Shown here: positions 30,706 to 40,585 of the stretch, piece by piece
Layout: each line of letters opens with the position of its first letter
Position numbering within the stretch: the stretch's first letter is position 1
Source of the DNA: an uncultured delta proteobacterium
GTDB lineage: Bacteria; Myxococcota; Myxococcia; Myxococcales; Myxococcaceae
DNA: 64,000 bases
Direction: 5' to 3'
Assembly (NCBI GenBank): GCA_963776345.1
Contig: CAVZMH010000022.1
Location: forward strand, 160,001 to 224,000
Translations under genes and position numbers: made by a program
The notes under the pieces: model-generated
Database searches by the model: none
The model's input: only the letters and a program-made list of their open reading frames with translations
What the model was told of the DNA's origin: nothing

Positions 30706-31884
30706 GTGGAGCGGAGCGGGGTGGAGGCGCTGTACCGGCTGGACGACGCGCTGTCGGCCGACGAGCGCGCCGTCCGTGAGGCGGTGGCCCGGGTGGTGGA
30801 CACCGAGGTGCTCCCGGTCATCGGCCGGCACTTCCGCGAGGGGACCTTCCCGGCGCAGCTCATCCCCCGGCTCGGCGAGCTCGGCGTCCTCGGCGCGAAC
30901 CTCTCGGGGTACGGCTGCGCCGGGGTGAGCAACGTGGCGTACGGGCTCGGGCTGCAAGAGCTCGAGCGCGGCGACTCGGGGCTCCGGAGCTTCGCCTCGG
31001 TGCAGGGGTCGCTGGTGATGTACCCGATCCACAGCTGGGGCTCGGAGGAGCAGAAGCAGCGCTTCCTCCCGGCGATGGCGCGGGGAACGTGCATCGGCTG
31101 CTTCGGGCTCACCGAGCCGGAGGCGGGGTCGGACCCGGCGAGCCTCCGGACCAGGGGCGTGCGCGACGGCGACGGGTGGGTGCTGGACGGGAGCAAGGCG
31201 TGGATCACCAACGGGACGGTGGCCGACGTGGCGGTGGTGTGGGCCAAGACGGGCGAGGGCGGCCCGGAGTCGGTTCGGGGGTTCCTGGTGGAGAAGGGGA
31301 TGCCGGGGTTCGTGGCGAAGGAGATCCCGGGGAAGCTGTCGCTCCGCGCCTCGTGGACCGCGGAGCTGTCGTTCACCGAGGTCCGCGTCCCGGAGCGGAA
31401 CGTGCTTCCCGGCGTGCAGGGGCTCCGCGGTCCGCTGGGCTGTCTGAACAATGCGCGGGCGGGGATCGCCTTCGCGGTGACCGGGGCGGCGATCGCCTGC
31501 TTCGAGTCGGCGCGGGCCTATGCGCTCCAGCGGAGGCAGTTCAACCGGCCCATCGGGTCGTTCCAGCTCACCCAGGAGAAGCTGGCCGACATGCTGGAGC
31601 GCATCGTCCAGGCGCAGCTGCTCGGGCTCCGGCTGTTGCGGCTCAAGGACGACGGGAAGGCGAGCCCGGTGCTGGTGTCACTGGCGAAGCGGGCCAACGT
31701 TCGGTCGGCGCTGGAGATCGCGCGGTCGGCGCGGACCATCCTCGGGGCGAACGGGATCACCGACGACTTCCCGCCGCTCCGGCACGCGCTGAACCTCGAG
31801 TCGGTGCTGACGTACGAGGGCACGCACGAGGTGCACACGCTGGTGCTGGGGAAGGCGATCACCGGGATCGACGCATTCGGGTAA
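30706..31884 (+). CDS. acyl-CoA dehydrogenase (glutaryl-CoA dehydrogenase-like)
   Basis: ELERGDSGLRS, CFGLTEPEAGSDP, KAWITNG, ILGANGI, TYEGTHEVH. Confidence 0.88.
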   Translation: MERSGVEALYRLDDALSADERAVREAVARVVDTEVLPVIGRHFREGTFPAQLIPRLGELGVLGANLSGYGCAGVSNVAYGLGLQELERGDSGLRSFASVQGSLVMYPIHSWGSEEQKQRFLPAMARGTCIGCFGLTEPEAGSDPASLRTRGVRDGDGWVLDGSKAWITNGTVADVAVVWAKTGEGGPESVRGFLVEKGMPGFVAKEIPGKLSLRASWTAELSFTEVRVPERNVLPGVQGLRGPLGCLNNARAGIAFAVTGAAIACFESARAYALQRRQFNRPIGSFQLTQEKLADMLERIVQAQLLGLRLLRLKDDGKASPVLVSLAKRANVRSALEIARSARTILGANGITDDFPPLRHALNLESVLTYEGTHEVHTLVLGKAITGIDAFG

Positions 31885-31912
31885 GAAGGGCCGACATTCA
31901 CGGGAGGGTCCC

Positions 31913-32386
31913 ATGAGATGGCCGCTGACAGCCTCGCTGCTCGCCATTCTGTCGGTCGGCTGTGCTCACCCCGGAGCCGGGAGCACCGCCCCCGGTCCGA
32001 CCTTCTCGAATCCTCCCGGCCTCTCCACCCCGCGCGGCTACACGCACGTGGTCGACGTCCCGGCAGGTCGCATGCTCTACATCTCCGGTCAGGTGCCCCT
32101 CGACGCGAAGGGCAACGTGGTCGGCCCCGGTGACGCGCGCGCGCAGACCGAGCAGGTGTTCAGGAATCTGAAGACCGCCCTCGAGGCCTCGGGCGCGAGC
32201 CTCGCCGACATCGTGAAGCTGACCTGGTACATCCGGGATGTCTCGCAGCTCGCGACCTACCGTGAGGTGCGGGAGAAGTTCCTCGGAGATGGTCCCCGCC
32301 CCGCGAGCACCCTGGTCGAGGTCAAGGGCCTGTACCGGGACGACGTCCTCCTCGAGCTCGACGCGATCGCCGCTCCCCGGCACTGA
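31913..32386 (+). CDS. Rid (YjgF/YER057c/UK114) family lipoprotein
   Basis: Lipobox LSVGC; YISGQV, AQTEQVFRNL, RPASTLVEV, LELDAIA. Confidence 0.85.
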   Translation: MRWPLTASLLAILSVGCAHPGAGSTAPGPTFSNPPGLSTPRGYTHVVDVPAGRMLYISGQVPLDAKGNVVGPGDARAQTEQVFRNLKTALEASGASLADIVKLTWYIRDVSQLATYREVREKFLGDGPRPASTLVEVKGLYRDDVLLELDAIAAPRH

Positions 32387-32392
32387 GGGCCC

Positions 32393-32426
32393 GGTGTCTG
32401 GTGTCAGACACCCGTTCTGACACCTC
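32393..32426. repeat. nested GGTGTC/GACACC REP-like palindrome
   Basis: GGTGTC-T-GGTGTC-A-GACACC-CGTTCT-GACACCTC between the two rid genes. Confidence 0.7.
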
Positions 32427-32529
32427 ACGGCGGAGGGGGCCAGTCACCGAGGCCGGAGCGCCCTGCACCCTCGGCGCCGGCGGCCGTCTGTGCCGGCTGC
32501 AACTCGGCAGACCGGCGAGCATTCTGCTC

Positions 32530-32998
32530 GTGCGCGTCCTGCTCGCCGCCTGCCTCGCTCCCGCCGTCCTCGCCTGTGCCCACCCCGGAGGCTCCATCGT
32601 GCCGACCTCGACCTTCTCCAATCCCCGCAGGGCTCTCCGAGCCTCGGGGGTACACCCACGTCGTGGACGTCCCGGCCGGCCGCACGCTGTACGTCTCCGG
32701 GCAGGTCGCCTTCGACGAGAAGGGAAACCTCGTCGGCCCGGGTGATGTGCGGGCGCAGACCGAGCAGGTGTTCCGGAACTTGAAGGTCGCCCTCGAGTCG
32801 GCGGGGGCGAGCTTCAAGGACGTGGTCAAGACGAACTGGTACGTCCGCGACGCCTCGCAGATCGCGATCTACCGGGAGGTGCGGGAGCGCTTCTTCGGCG
32901 ATGGTCCGCGCCCGGCAAGCACCCTGGTCGAGGTGAAGTCGCTGGTCCGCGAGGAGCTCCTGATCGAGGTCGAGGCGATCGCCGCGCCCGGCCGCTGA
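32530..32998 (+). CDS. second Rid-family lipoprotein (tandem paralog), frameshifted at C4 32623-32626
   Basis: VLAC lipobox and STFSNP in one frame; GLSEPRGYTHVVDVPAGR...IEVEAIA in the next; closely parallels the upstream paralog. Confidence 0.8.
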
Positions 32999-33076
32999 CG
33001 TCGCTGCCGGTCCTCTGCCCGGAGGACGTGCCTCCTCCGCAGGGTCGCTTGCTCCATCTCGAGCAGGAGGGGCCCT

Positions 33077-33757
33077 TCACTCCGCATCGTGGAAGATGAT
33101 CCCCAGCGTGTGCCGGCGCCCCGACCGGATCTCGCTGACCCCATGCCGCATCCGGACCCGGAACGCGCCGCGCGTCCCCTGGACCGGACGCTCGTTCACC
33201 GCGAAGGCCACCGCGTCGCCCTGCTGGAGCGCCACGACGTCCACCCGCGACTGCATCCGGGGCCGCTGCTGGGTGAGCACGAACTCGCCGCCGGTGAAGT
33301 CCACCTCCGGCCGGCTCAGGAGCACCGCCACCTGGAACGGGAAGACCGCCGGGCCGTAGAGGTCCTGGTGGAGGCAGTTGAAGTCGCCGGGGCCGTACCG
33401 GAGCAGCAGCGGCGTGGGCCGGCTCTGCCCCGCGGCATGACACCTCTCGAGATAGTCCTCGAGCCGGTCCGGATACCGGCTCGGCCTCTCGAGCGCCTCA
33501 ACCCAGCGGTTCGCCACCGGAGCGAGCGCCTCGTACAGCGACGCGCGCAGCGCGCCGACTCGCTCGGGGAGCGGGTGACCGAAGTACTGGTACTCGCCCC
33601 GGCCGAAGCCGTGCTTGCCCATGACGACCCGGGAACGGAACCGCGCGGGCTCGTCATAGAGCGCCGCCAGCCGCGCGCACTCCGCTCCGTCGAGCAGTCC
33701 CGGGATGACTCCGTGGCCCGTCTTCTCCAGCGCCTGCGTCCAGTCTTGCTCGCCCAT
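33077..33757 (-). CDS. 2OG-Fe(II) oxygenase (DUF2086-type)
   Basis: GFGRGEYQYF, NCLHQDLYG (HxD), QQRPRMQSR, MRHGVS, LGIIFHDA. Confidence 0.88.
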   Translation of the reverse strand: MGEQDWTQALEKTGHGVIPGLLDGAECARLAALYDEPARFRSRVVMGKHGFGRGEYQYFGHPLPERVGALRASLYEALAPVANRWVEALERPSRYPDRLEDYLERCHAAGQSRPTPLLLRYGPGDFNCLHQDLYGPAVFPFQVAVLLSRPEVDFTGGEFVLTQQRPRMQSRVDVVALQQGDAVAFAVNERPVQGTRGAFRVRMRHGVSEIRSGRRHTLGIIFHDAE

Positions 33758-33845
33758 GCCGTGACACCTCTCACCGCCGCCGCCGGACGGCGCCCCGGAT
33801 CCTGTGCCCGTCGTCGGAGGTGGCGCCGCGCGACCGGACGAGCCC

Positions 33846-34526
33846 TCAGCCCGCGTCGTCGGTCGACGGGGCGGATGCATGCGCGTCCTCGGTCCCGGGG
33901 CCGGCGGCCTCCGCCGCGTCCGCTGCTTCCTCGGCCCGCTGCTCCACGCTCTCGGGCGCGTCGGCCGCGGCCCGCTGCTCGGGCGACTCGGCGGCCTCGG
34001 CGGCGGCGCGCGCCTTGACCTCCTCGTCGCTGAGGAAGCCCACCGGCGAGCCCGGCGCGTTGAGGAACCGCACCGCCTTCGGGAACTCGCCCACCAGCGA
34101 GAGCGCGAGCTCCGCCGGGACCAGCGCGTGCTCGATCTGCGCCGGGTCCGGCCGCTCGACCACCGCCAGCCGGCCCTCCTCCAGCGCCTCGGCCTGGGCC
34201 TCCGACAGCTCCAGCCGCCGGAGCCGGTTCTTCCGCGTCACGAAGTAGAACGTCCGCTCGCCCGGCTCCACCGCCACCTCCGCGGCGAGCACCCGCTCCC
34301 GGAGCTGCCGGTCCCGCTCCACCTGCCGCTTCGCCTCCAGGCGCTGCGAGGCCTTGCTGCCCGCGAGTGGCGGGAGCTTGGGGATCGCCGCCGGCGGCTG
34401 GAGCCGCGCCACCATCCACGGTCCGCCCTTGCTCCCCTCGCGCGTCGGGGGCGCCTTCTCGGCCTTCTCCGCCTGCTCGGCGGTCACCAGGCCAGCCTTG
34501 AGGAGCTTGTCGCGGAGGTTCTGCAC
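33846..34526 (-). CDS. DUF2058 (YaiL-like) protein with an acidic tail
   Basis: MQNLRDKLLKAGLV; FYFVTRKNRLRRL...LEEGRLAVVE. Confidence 0.7.
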   Translation of the reverse strand: MQNLRDKLLKAGLVTAEQAEKAEKAPPTREGSKGGPWMVARLQPPAAIPKLPPLAGSKASQRLEAKRQVERDRQLRERVLAAEVAVEPGERTFYFVTRKNRLRRLELSEAQAEALEEGRLAVVERPDPAQIEHALVPAELALSLVGEFPKAVRFLNAPGSPVGFLSDEEVKARAAAEAAESPEQRAAADAPESVEQRAEEAADAAEAAGPGTEDAHASAPSTDDAG

Positions 34527-34591
34527 GGCGGCAGCAGCTTCTAGCCGCGTCCGGCCGGGAGACGAAAGCCCCGTGGTAGGGTGCCAGTTCC

Positions 34592-35602
34592 GTGCTGCAC
34601 TCTCCCCGTCTCCTCATCGCGGGGCTGGCGTTGCTCGCCGCCTGCACCGACCCCGTCGACCGCGCCGCCAAGGAGCGCATCTTCTCGCCCGAGGCTCCTC
34701 CGCCGGTCGTCGCCTCGGCCAAGGAGGCGCTGGACCCGCAGAAGCTCACCTCGGACCCGAGGCTCGCCCACCGGGTGGTGGACATGGGCCCCGCCGAGGT
34801 CACCGAGCGGCTCGGGGCACATCGCTTCAGCGCCGAGGTCTCCTTCGAGTGGGGCTCGGGCAAGGACCGGGTGAAGCTCACCGAGAATCGGCTCCTCGAG
34901 TCGGCGGCCGGCGGCGTCGCCGGCGACTTCCACGCCCGCATCGACAACAGCCGGGACCAGGGGCTGGAGGTCGTGCGCGCCCGCGGCCAGGTCTTCGCCC
35001 GCAGCAAGTACGGCAAGTACCGGCTGCGCCTCCGCGACCGCGGCATCGCCGAGCGCACCCGCGACGAGATCGCCGGCGCGCTCGGCGAGCTGGACGGGCT
35101 CTTCCAGGGCCGGCTCGAGCTCGTGCTCGACGGGCCCACCTCGGTCGAGGGGCGGCCCGCGGTTCGCTACACCGTCCGGCTCGCGGACGCCGCCGCAGCA
35201 GTGAAGCGGGGCGAGACGCCGCCGCCGGTTGCCTACGCCCGCAGCGGGCTCGACGAGGACAGCGCCCGCCGCCAGCGCTTCATGGACCAGCGGCAGCCGA
35301 AGAAGCTCTCGGGAGAGGTGGTGGTCGACGCCGCCACCGCGGTGGTGCTCCGCGCGCACCTGGACGGAACCCTCGCGGTGCCGGGCGGCGCGGGCGTCGC
35401 TCCGGCGCAGCTCCACGTGCTCCTCGACGAGCGCATCCGCGACCTGGGCAAGCCCGTCGCCATCCAGGTCCCCGAGGGACACCTCCCGGACGCCGACAAG
35501 CCCGAGGGGATCGCCGACGCCCTGGACCGGTTCGGCATCCAGCGGAAGGCCGGCGCCGACGCCGGGGTGGACACCGAGGCCGACGAGGACACCTCCGGAT
35601 AG
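34592..35602 (+). CDS. hypothetical lipoprotein
   Basis: Lipobox LLAAC; 336-aa ORF with coding-like bias. Confidence 0.75.
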   Translation: MLHSPRLLIAGLALLAACTDPVDRAAKERIFSPEAPPPVVASAKEALDPQKLTSDPRLAHRVVDMGPAEVTERLGAHRFSAEVSFEWGSGKDRVKLTENRLLESAAGGVAGDFHARIDNSRDQGLEVVRARGQVFARSKYGKYRLRLRDRGIAERTRDEIAGALGELDGLFQGRLELVLDGPTSVEGRPAVRYTVRLADAAAAVKRGETPPPVAYARSGLDEDSARRQRFMDQRQPKKLSGEVVVDAATAVVLRAHLDGTLAVPGGAGVAPAQLHVLLDERIRDLGKPVAIQVPEGHLPDADKPEGIADALDRFGIQRKAGADAGVDTEADEDTSG

Positions 35603-35664
35603 GCCCGGTCCTGCTCGGGTTTTTGCCCTGCCGGAGGGCCCGGCGGACGCTCACGCTCGAAAAG

Positions 35665-35740
35665 TTGATCTCCCCTGACCGGCTCGTAAGTTGTCGGAAC
35701 GCCGCGGGTCTCTTGCGGCTCCTCTGGACGCCCGTTCAGA
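35665..35740 (+). promoter_or_regulatory. sigma70-like promoter followed by a putative LexA box
   Basis: TTGATC-N16-TAAGTT (35665-35692); CTGGACGCCCGTTCAGA (35724-35740) matches 15/17 of the Myxococcus consensus. Confidence 0.5.
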
Positions 35741-35763
35741 GGTGGGACGAGGACGAGCGAGAC

Positions 35764-36045
35764 ATGGAGCGCACGCCGAAGAAGCAGGCCGGAGCCGTCA
35801 TCGAGGCGCTGCGCACCAATCACCGCGTCCTCGCCCCGGAGGAGGAGCGGGCGGTCCGGATGGTCCACGGTCTCGGCGTCCGGTCGGACGCCCCCCTGGC
35901 CCGCATCGCGCCCGACGGGAGCGAGCTCGCCGACGAGCTGCTGCTCCTGGAGCTCCAGCTCGCCCGCCAGGCCCGCACCCGCGCGCCCCGCCTGCCCTCG
36001 CCGTCGAAGTCGAAGATCGTCCGCGCCCTTCGCGGCCGGCGCTGA
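35764..36045 (+). CDS. small basic protein (93 aa) with a sigma-region-4.1-like segment
   Basis: LAPEEERAVRMVHGLG resembles the sigma70 segment LTPREAKVLRMRFGI; basic C-terminus KSKIVRALRGRR. Confidence 0.7.
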   Translation: MERTPKKQAGAVIEALRTNHRVLAPEEERAVRMVHGLGVRSDAPLARIAPDGSELADELLLLELQLARQARTRAPRLPSPSKSKIVRALRGRR

Positions 36046-36046
36046 G

Positions 36047-37525
36047 TCAGGCTCCCAGCACCGACACCAGCTCCGCCCCCAGCCGCTCGAGCCCCAGGGG
36101 GCTCGCGCAGAGCGCCGGCGCCATCTGCTCCGGCGCCTCGGGCGCGCCCCGGCTCCAGAGCGCCACCAGCCAGCGCGCGGCGCTCGGGTTCCGGAACTCG
36201 TCCGCGTCGAAGCGGCGGTCGGCCTCGGACCACAGGCAGCTCGCCAGCGCCGCCGCACGGAGCTGCCGCTGCGTCACGTCCAGGTCCGCCGCCATCGCCA
36301 GCGCCTGGCCCCGGCCCACACGGACCTGCAGCGCCAGGGAGAGCGCGTCGGCCGCCTCGCCGAGCCGCTGCAGCGTCGGCCCGGACGTAGCCATGGTCCG
36401 GCGGTGCGGCTCCAGGGCCGCCTCCGCCCGCAGCGTCCCCAGCGCCACCAGCGCCTCCATCCGCGCCACCTCGCGCGCCGTCGCCCGGCCGAGGGCGAGC
36501 GCTTCCCGAAGCCATCGCTCGCGCCAGAGCAGCCCGCGCACCAGCCAGCCCGACGCCGCCACCACCGCGCGGTCGCCCATCCATCGGTGCTCCACCGGGG
36601 CCTCGGGCTCGATCGACGCGAGGTGCAGCGCGCAGCCGGTCCAGAAGAACCGGAGAGGGACCTCGGGGGCCCCTGCGTCCGGCGCCGGGAGCAGGAGCTC
36701 GACCCGCTCCGGCACCTCCACCGGGATGACCTGTGCCGCGGGAGCCGGCACCGTCCTGATCCGGATGTGCGGCGAGCGCTCCACCATGCCGGGCAGTCGC
36801 GCCGCCCAGGCCCGGAGCGCCTCGTCCGCCGCCTCCAGCGCCCCGGCGTAGCCCGGCAGCGCCCGCGCCCGGTCCAGGTCGGCGAGCGTGGCGTCGCCGC
36901 GAGGCAGGGGAGCGAGGCGCGCCGCCACCTTCCCCAGCGCCCAGCCGAGCACGTCGCGGTACGCGTCGCCGGTCGCCCGCAGGAAGGCATCGGTGTCGAG
37001 CGCCGCCCAGGTCGGGTCCCGCCGCGCATCGAGCAGCGCGGGCAGGCTCGCCGCCCCGAGCGCGCTCGCCCCGTCGGCCAGCTCCGCCTGCACTCGCTGC
37101 GCCTTCGACAGGAGCGCCTCCCAGCCGCGATCGACCGCCGACGCGCGTTGCAGCCGCGCCGGCCGCTCCTCGGTGTGCGCGAGCGCTGCCTCCGTCTCCG
37201 CCAGCGGCGACTCCAGCCCGCTCTCCGGAGCGCTCCGCCAGAGGGAGGCCTCCAGCGCGGTCCTGGCCTCCCGCGCCGCCGCCTCCAGCGAGGCGTCCTG
37301 GAGGAAGCGCACCAGAAGCCGCAGCCGGGGGAGCTCCGGCTCCGGCACCCGCTGCGAGGCGAGCAGCGCGCCCACCGCCCGCGCGGTCTCCGGGGAGACC
37401 GTCTCGCGGTGCGCGGCGTCCAGGGGCGCGAGGCTCGCCACGTCCGGCGCCGCCTTCGCCCGGGCGCGTCCTACCTCCTCCAGCCATGCTTCGGCCTCGA
37501 CGCGGAGCGCGTTCAGCGATGCCAT
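36047..37525 (-). CDS. M3/oligoendopeptidase-fold protein lacking HEXXH (probable pseudo-peptidase)
   Basis: FWTGCALH in place of HExGHALH; EHRWMGDRAVVA; FRNPSAARWLVALWSRG. Confidence 0.6.
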   Translation of the reverse strand: MASLNALRVEAEAWLEEVGRARAKAAPDVASLAPLDAAHRETVSPETARAVGALLASQRVPEPELPRLRLLVRFLQDASLEAAAREARTALEASLWRSAPESGLESPLAETEAALAHTEERPARLQRASAVDRGWEALLSKAQRVQAELADGASALGAASLPALLDARRDPTWAALDTDAFLRATGDAYRDVLGWALGKVAARLAPLPRGDATLADLDRARALPGYAGALEAADEALRAWAARLPGMVERSPHIRIRTVPAPAAQVIPVEVPERVELLLPAPDAGAPEVPLRFFWTGCALHLASIEPEAPVEHRWMGDRAVVAASGWLVRGLLWRERWLREALALGRATAREVARMEALVALGTLRAEAALEPHRRTMATSGPTLQRLGEAADALSLALQVRVGRGQALAMAADLDVTQRQLRAAALASCLWSEADRRFDADEFRNPSAARWLVALWSRGAPEAPEQMAPALCASPLGLERLGAELVSVLGA

Positions 37526-37545
37526 GGTCCCTCGGTCTCGCGACT

Positions 37546-38695
37546 CTAGCGGTCCTCGAGGAGGTCGGTGGCGGTCAGCTCCGGCGCGGCGCGGCCCGTC
37601 TCGTACGCCAGGAGCCCCAGCGCATCGTACCGGGGACGGATGCGGTCGGAGAGCAGCCCGATGCGCTTGAGATTCGGGACGATGCGCTTGAACATCGTCT
37701 GCCGGAACGAGCCCATCAGCGTGCTGGCGAGGGTCAGCCGCTCCCACTCCGCGCGCTTGAAGGCGTGCGCCCAGTGCTCCTCGTAGAACTCCCAGGCCAG
37801 GAAGCGGTTGCGGAGCAAGAGCGACACCTCGAACGCCCAGTCCTCGCGCTCCCTCCGCTCCCGCTCGCTCAGGCCCTGGAAGCATTCCTGGAGGGCGAGC
37901 ACCCCGAAGTGCACGTGGCGGGCCTCGTCGGTGATGACGTAGGTGAGCAGCTGCTTGAGCAGCGGCTCGCCGGTGATCTGCCGGAGCGTCCCGAACGCCC
38001 CCAGCGCCAGCCCCTCGATCATGATCTGCATCCCGAGGAACTTCATGTCCCAGCGGGAGTCGGTCATCAGCGCGTCGACGATGGTGTAGAGGTTGTCGTT
38101 GATCTCGTAGAGCTTCTCCAGCTTCCGGGTGAGGTAGCCGTGGAACACCTCGACGTGCCGACCCTCGTCCACCACCTGGCTGCTGCCGTAGAGCTTGGCG
38201 TCGAGCCAGGGCACGGCCTCGGTCACCTGGCAGGCCGCGAACAGCGCGCCCTGCTCGCCGTGGAGGAACTGGCTCAAGAGCCACGAGAGCAGATCGTGCC
38301 GCTGCTTCATCCGGCTCCTCGGCGCTCAGCGTCTGCCATGCCGGCGTGGTGGAGACCGGGTGGAAGTGCTCGGGGATGAGCGGGTGCTCGGGGTCGAGCG
38401 GATCCACCGACCGCGACCAGTCGAGGTCGGTGGCGCCGTTCCACTGCGAGGTCTTCGCCGCCTCGTACAGCCGGCTGAGCTGCGGGCGGTCCCGCAGGTA
38501 GCGCCAGTCGAAGAGGGCCCGGTGCTCGGCCTGCATCGCGGTGCTCCGGGCGCCGCGCGCCTCCTGCATCACCAGCCCTCGGTAGGCCGGCCCGAGCAGC
38601 GAGGCGAGCACCTTGAGGTTCCCGCTGGCCGAGGCCTCGCGGAGCACCGGCCCGGATCGCCCGAGGTTCTGCACCGCCCTGGCCAGCGTGGTCAT
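37546..38695 (-). CDS. ferritin-like diiron protein (AurF-like oxygenase), frameshifted at ~38313
   Basis: LYEAAKTSQWN...LDWS; FLHGEQGAL, DEGRH, IEGLA, DEARH. Confidence 0.85.
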
Positions 38696-38757
38696 GGCTG
38701 GGCACGCTGGCAGGACGTTGATTCCCGGGTCAAGGCGTCCGGCGGAGCGCGGCGGGC

Positions 38758-39663
38758 GTGAAGCGCAGGGCCTTCCAGACGCGCGCCGCCGGGGAGCTCG
38801 CGGACAGCGTGGCCCACGGGCTCGGCTGCCCGCTGGACGAGGCGCGCGCGCTCGTCGGCCGGGGCGCGGTCTACGTGCGCGGCCGCCGCCAGCGCGACGC
38901 CACGCTCGCGGTGCCGGCCGACACGCCGGTCCTGGTGGTCCTCGAGGAGAGCGGACGCTCCTCCACCGAGCCCGGCCCCGCCCCCGCACCGCTGCGCATC
39001 CTCCACGAGGACGCGGAGGTGCTCGCGGTGGACAAGCCGCCCGGGCTCCCCGCGCAGCCCACGCCGGGCGGGGCCCCCAGCCTGCTCCTCCTCGCCTCGG
39101 CGCACCTCGGCCGCGAGGCGGGGCTGGTCCACCGGCTGGACCGGGGCACCAGCGGGGTGACGGTGTTCGGGAAGTCGCCGGAGGCGACCTCCGCGCTCGC
39201 GGCGAGCTTCCGGACCGGCGTCGCCCGCAAGCAGTACCTCGCCGTCACCGGGCCCGGGCTCCCGGCCGCCGGCACCTGCACCCTCCGGCTGGCGCGGGAC
39301 CCGAGCCGTCCGGGCCGGTGGCTGGCGCGCGCACGCGACGGGCTCGAGGCCGAGACCCGGTTCCGCCGGCTCGGAGGGACGGCGGAGCTCGCGCTCGCGG
39401 CGGTGTGGCCCCGCACCGGCCGCACGCACCAGATCCGCGCCCACCTCGCCGCCCTCGGAGCGCCCATCGCCGGAGACCGGCTCTACGGCGGGCCGCCGAC
39501 GCTCGGGGACCGTCCCGTCCCCCGCTCGCTCCTCCACGCCCACGTGCTGCTGCTGCCGCACCCGCGCACCGGCCGCCCGCTGCGGCTGGTGGCGCCGCTC
39601 CCGGACGACCTCGCGCCCTTCCTCGCCGCGCTGGACGTGGTCCCCCCGGAGGAGGGCGCCTGA
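38758..39663 (+). CDS. RluA-family pseudouridine synthase
   Basis: VDKPPGL, VHRLDRGTSG, TGRTHQIRAH, IAGDRLYG, LLHA. Confidence 0.92.
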   Translation: MKRRAFQTRAAGELADSVAHGLGCPLDEARALVGRGAVYVRGRRQRDATLAVPADTPVLVVLEESGRSSTEPGPAPAPLRILHEDAEVLAVDKPPGLPAQPTPGGAPSLLLLASAHLGREAGLVHRLDRGTSGVTVFGKSPEATSALAASFRTGVARKQYLAVTGPGLPAAGTCTLRLARDPSRPGRWLARARDGLEAETRFRRLGGTAELALAAVWPRTGRTHQIRAHLAALGAPIAGDRLYGGPPTLGDRPVPRSLLHAHVLLLPHPRTGRPLRLVAPLPDDLAPFLAALDVVPPEEGA

Positions 39664-39728
39664 GCCTGGTCGCGCGGCGCTGCTGCGCCGCCCCGTGGGC
39701 GTCCCCCTGGTGCGGGGGACCGAGCTGC

Positions 39729-40564
39729 TCACTGCAGCTGGAACCGCAGCCCGCCGACGATGAGGTCGCCGGCCCCGGCCAGGCCGTGCCGCCAGCCGAC
39801 GTCGAGCCCGGTGTTGTCCATCACCAGCCCCAGCCCCGCGGTGACGAAGTTCTGCTGCACCGGCTCGCGCCACTCCCACCCGCCGCGCAGGGCGAAGGCT
39901 GCGCCCGAGGAAGAGCTCCAGCCCGGAGTTCCAGATGGGATGCAGGGGGCCGCGTCCGATGTCGCTCCGCACCTCCGTCGCCAGGCGGACCGGACCGAGC
40001 AGCAGCCCGAAGCCCACCTCGAAGCTGCGGGACAGCTCCGGGTGGCTGGGTGTCGATCAGGTTGTACCCGGCGAAGCCGAGCGTCAGCTGCGGGAGGACG
40101 AGGATCGACACGCCGACATTCATGCTCGCCGCGTTGATCTTCGGCATGCTCTGGATGAGCCAGCGTCCCCCGATGCCGACGGACACCTTGTCCCCCAGCC
40201 GGGTGGCGATGGCGAGGGAGTGGGCCCACTGCCCCACGTTCCCGGCGCCGTAGTCGTTGGAGATGTAGTGGAGGCTGTAGGCGCCGGAGAACTCCGGGTT
40301 GGTGCTGTCGCGCACCCAGCCGGCCGCGAACCAGCCCTTCGACTTCCAGTCGTACCCGCCGCCGAACTCCAGCTGGTAGGACTGGAACAGCCCCATCGCC
40401 GCCGGGTTTCCGTCCGCGGCATTGGCCCCGATGCCCAGCTCGCGGAAGGTGCCGCCCATCCCCACCTCGCGGGCGCCCCGGGCGGTGTCGAAGTCGAGGG
40501 GAGGGGCCGCGGCGAGCAGCGGGCGCGAGAGGAGAAGGCAGGCGAGGGCGACGAGTCGGGTCAT
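39729..40564 (-). CDS. putative outer-membrane beta-barrel protein with two frameshifts (~40048-40050, ~39904-39906)
   Basis: Signal peptide; GAREVGMGG...GNPAAM; amphipathic strands across three frames ending GGLRFQLQ. Confidence 0.65.
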
Positions 40565-40585
40565 TCGCACCGGCAGGCTACGCGC

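Noticed and set aside
36047..38989. 980-aa fusion of the ferritin-like N-terminus with the peptidase-like protein
   Set aside because: Artifact of the frameshift at ~38313; two separate genes fit better.
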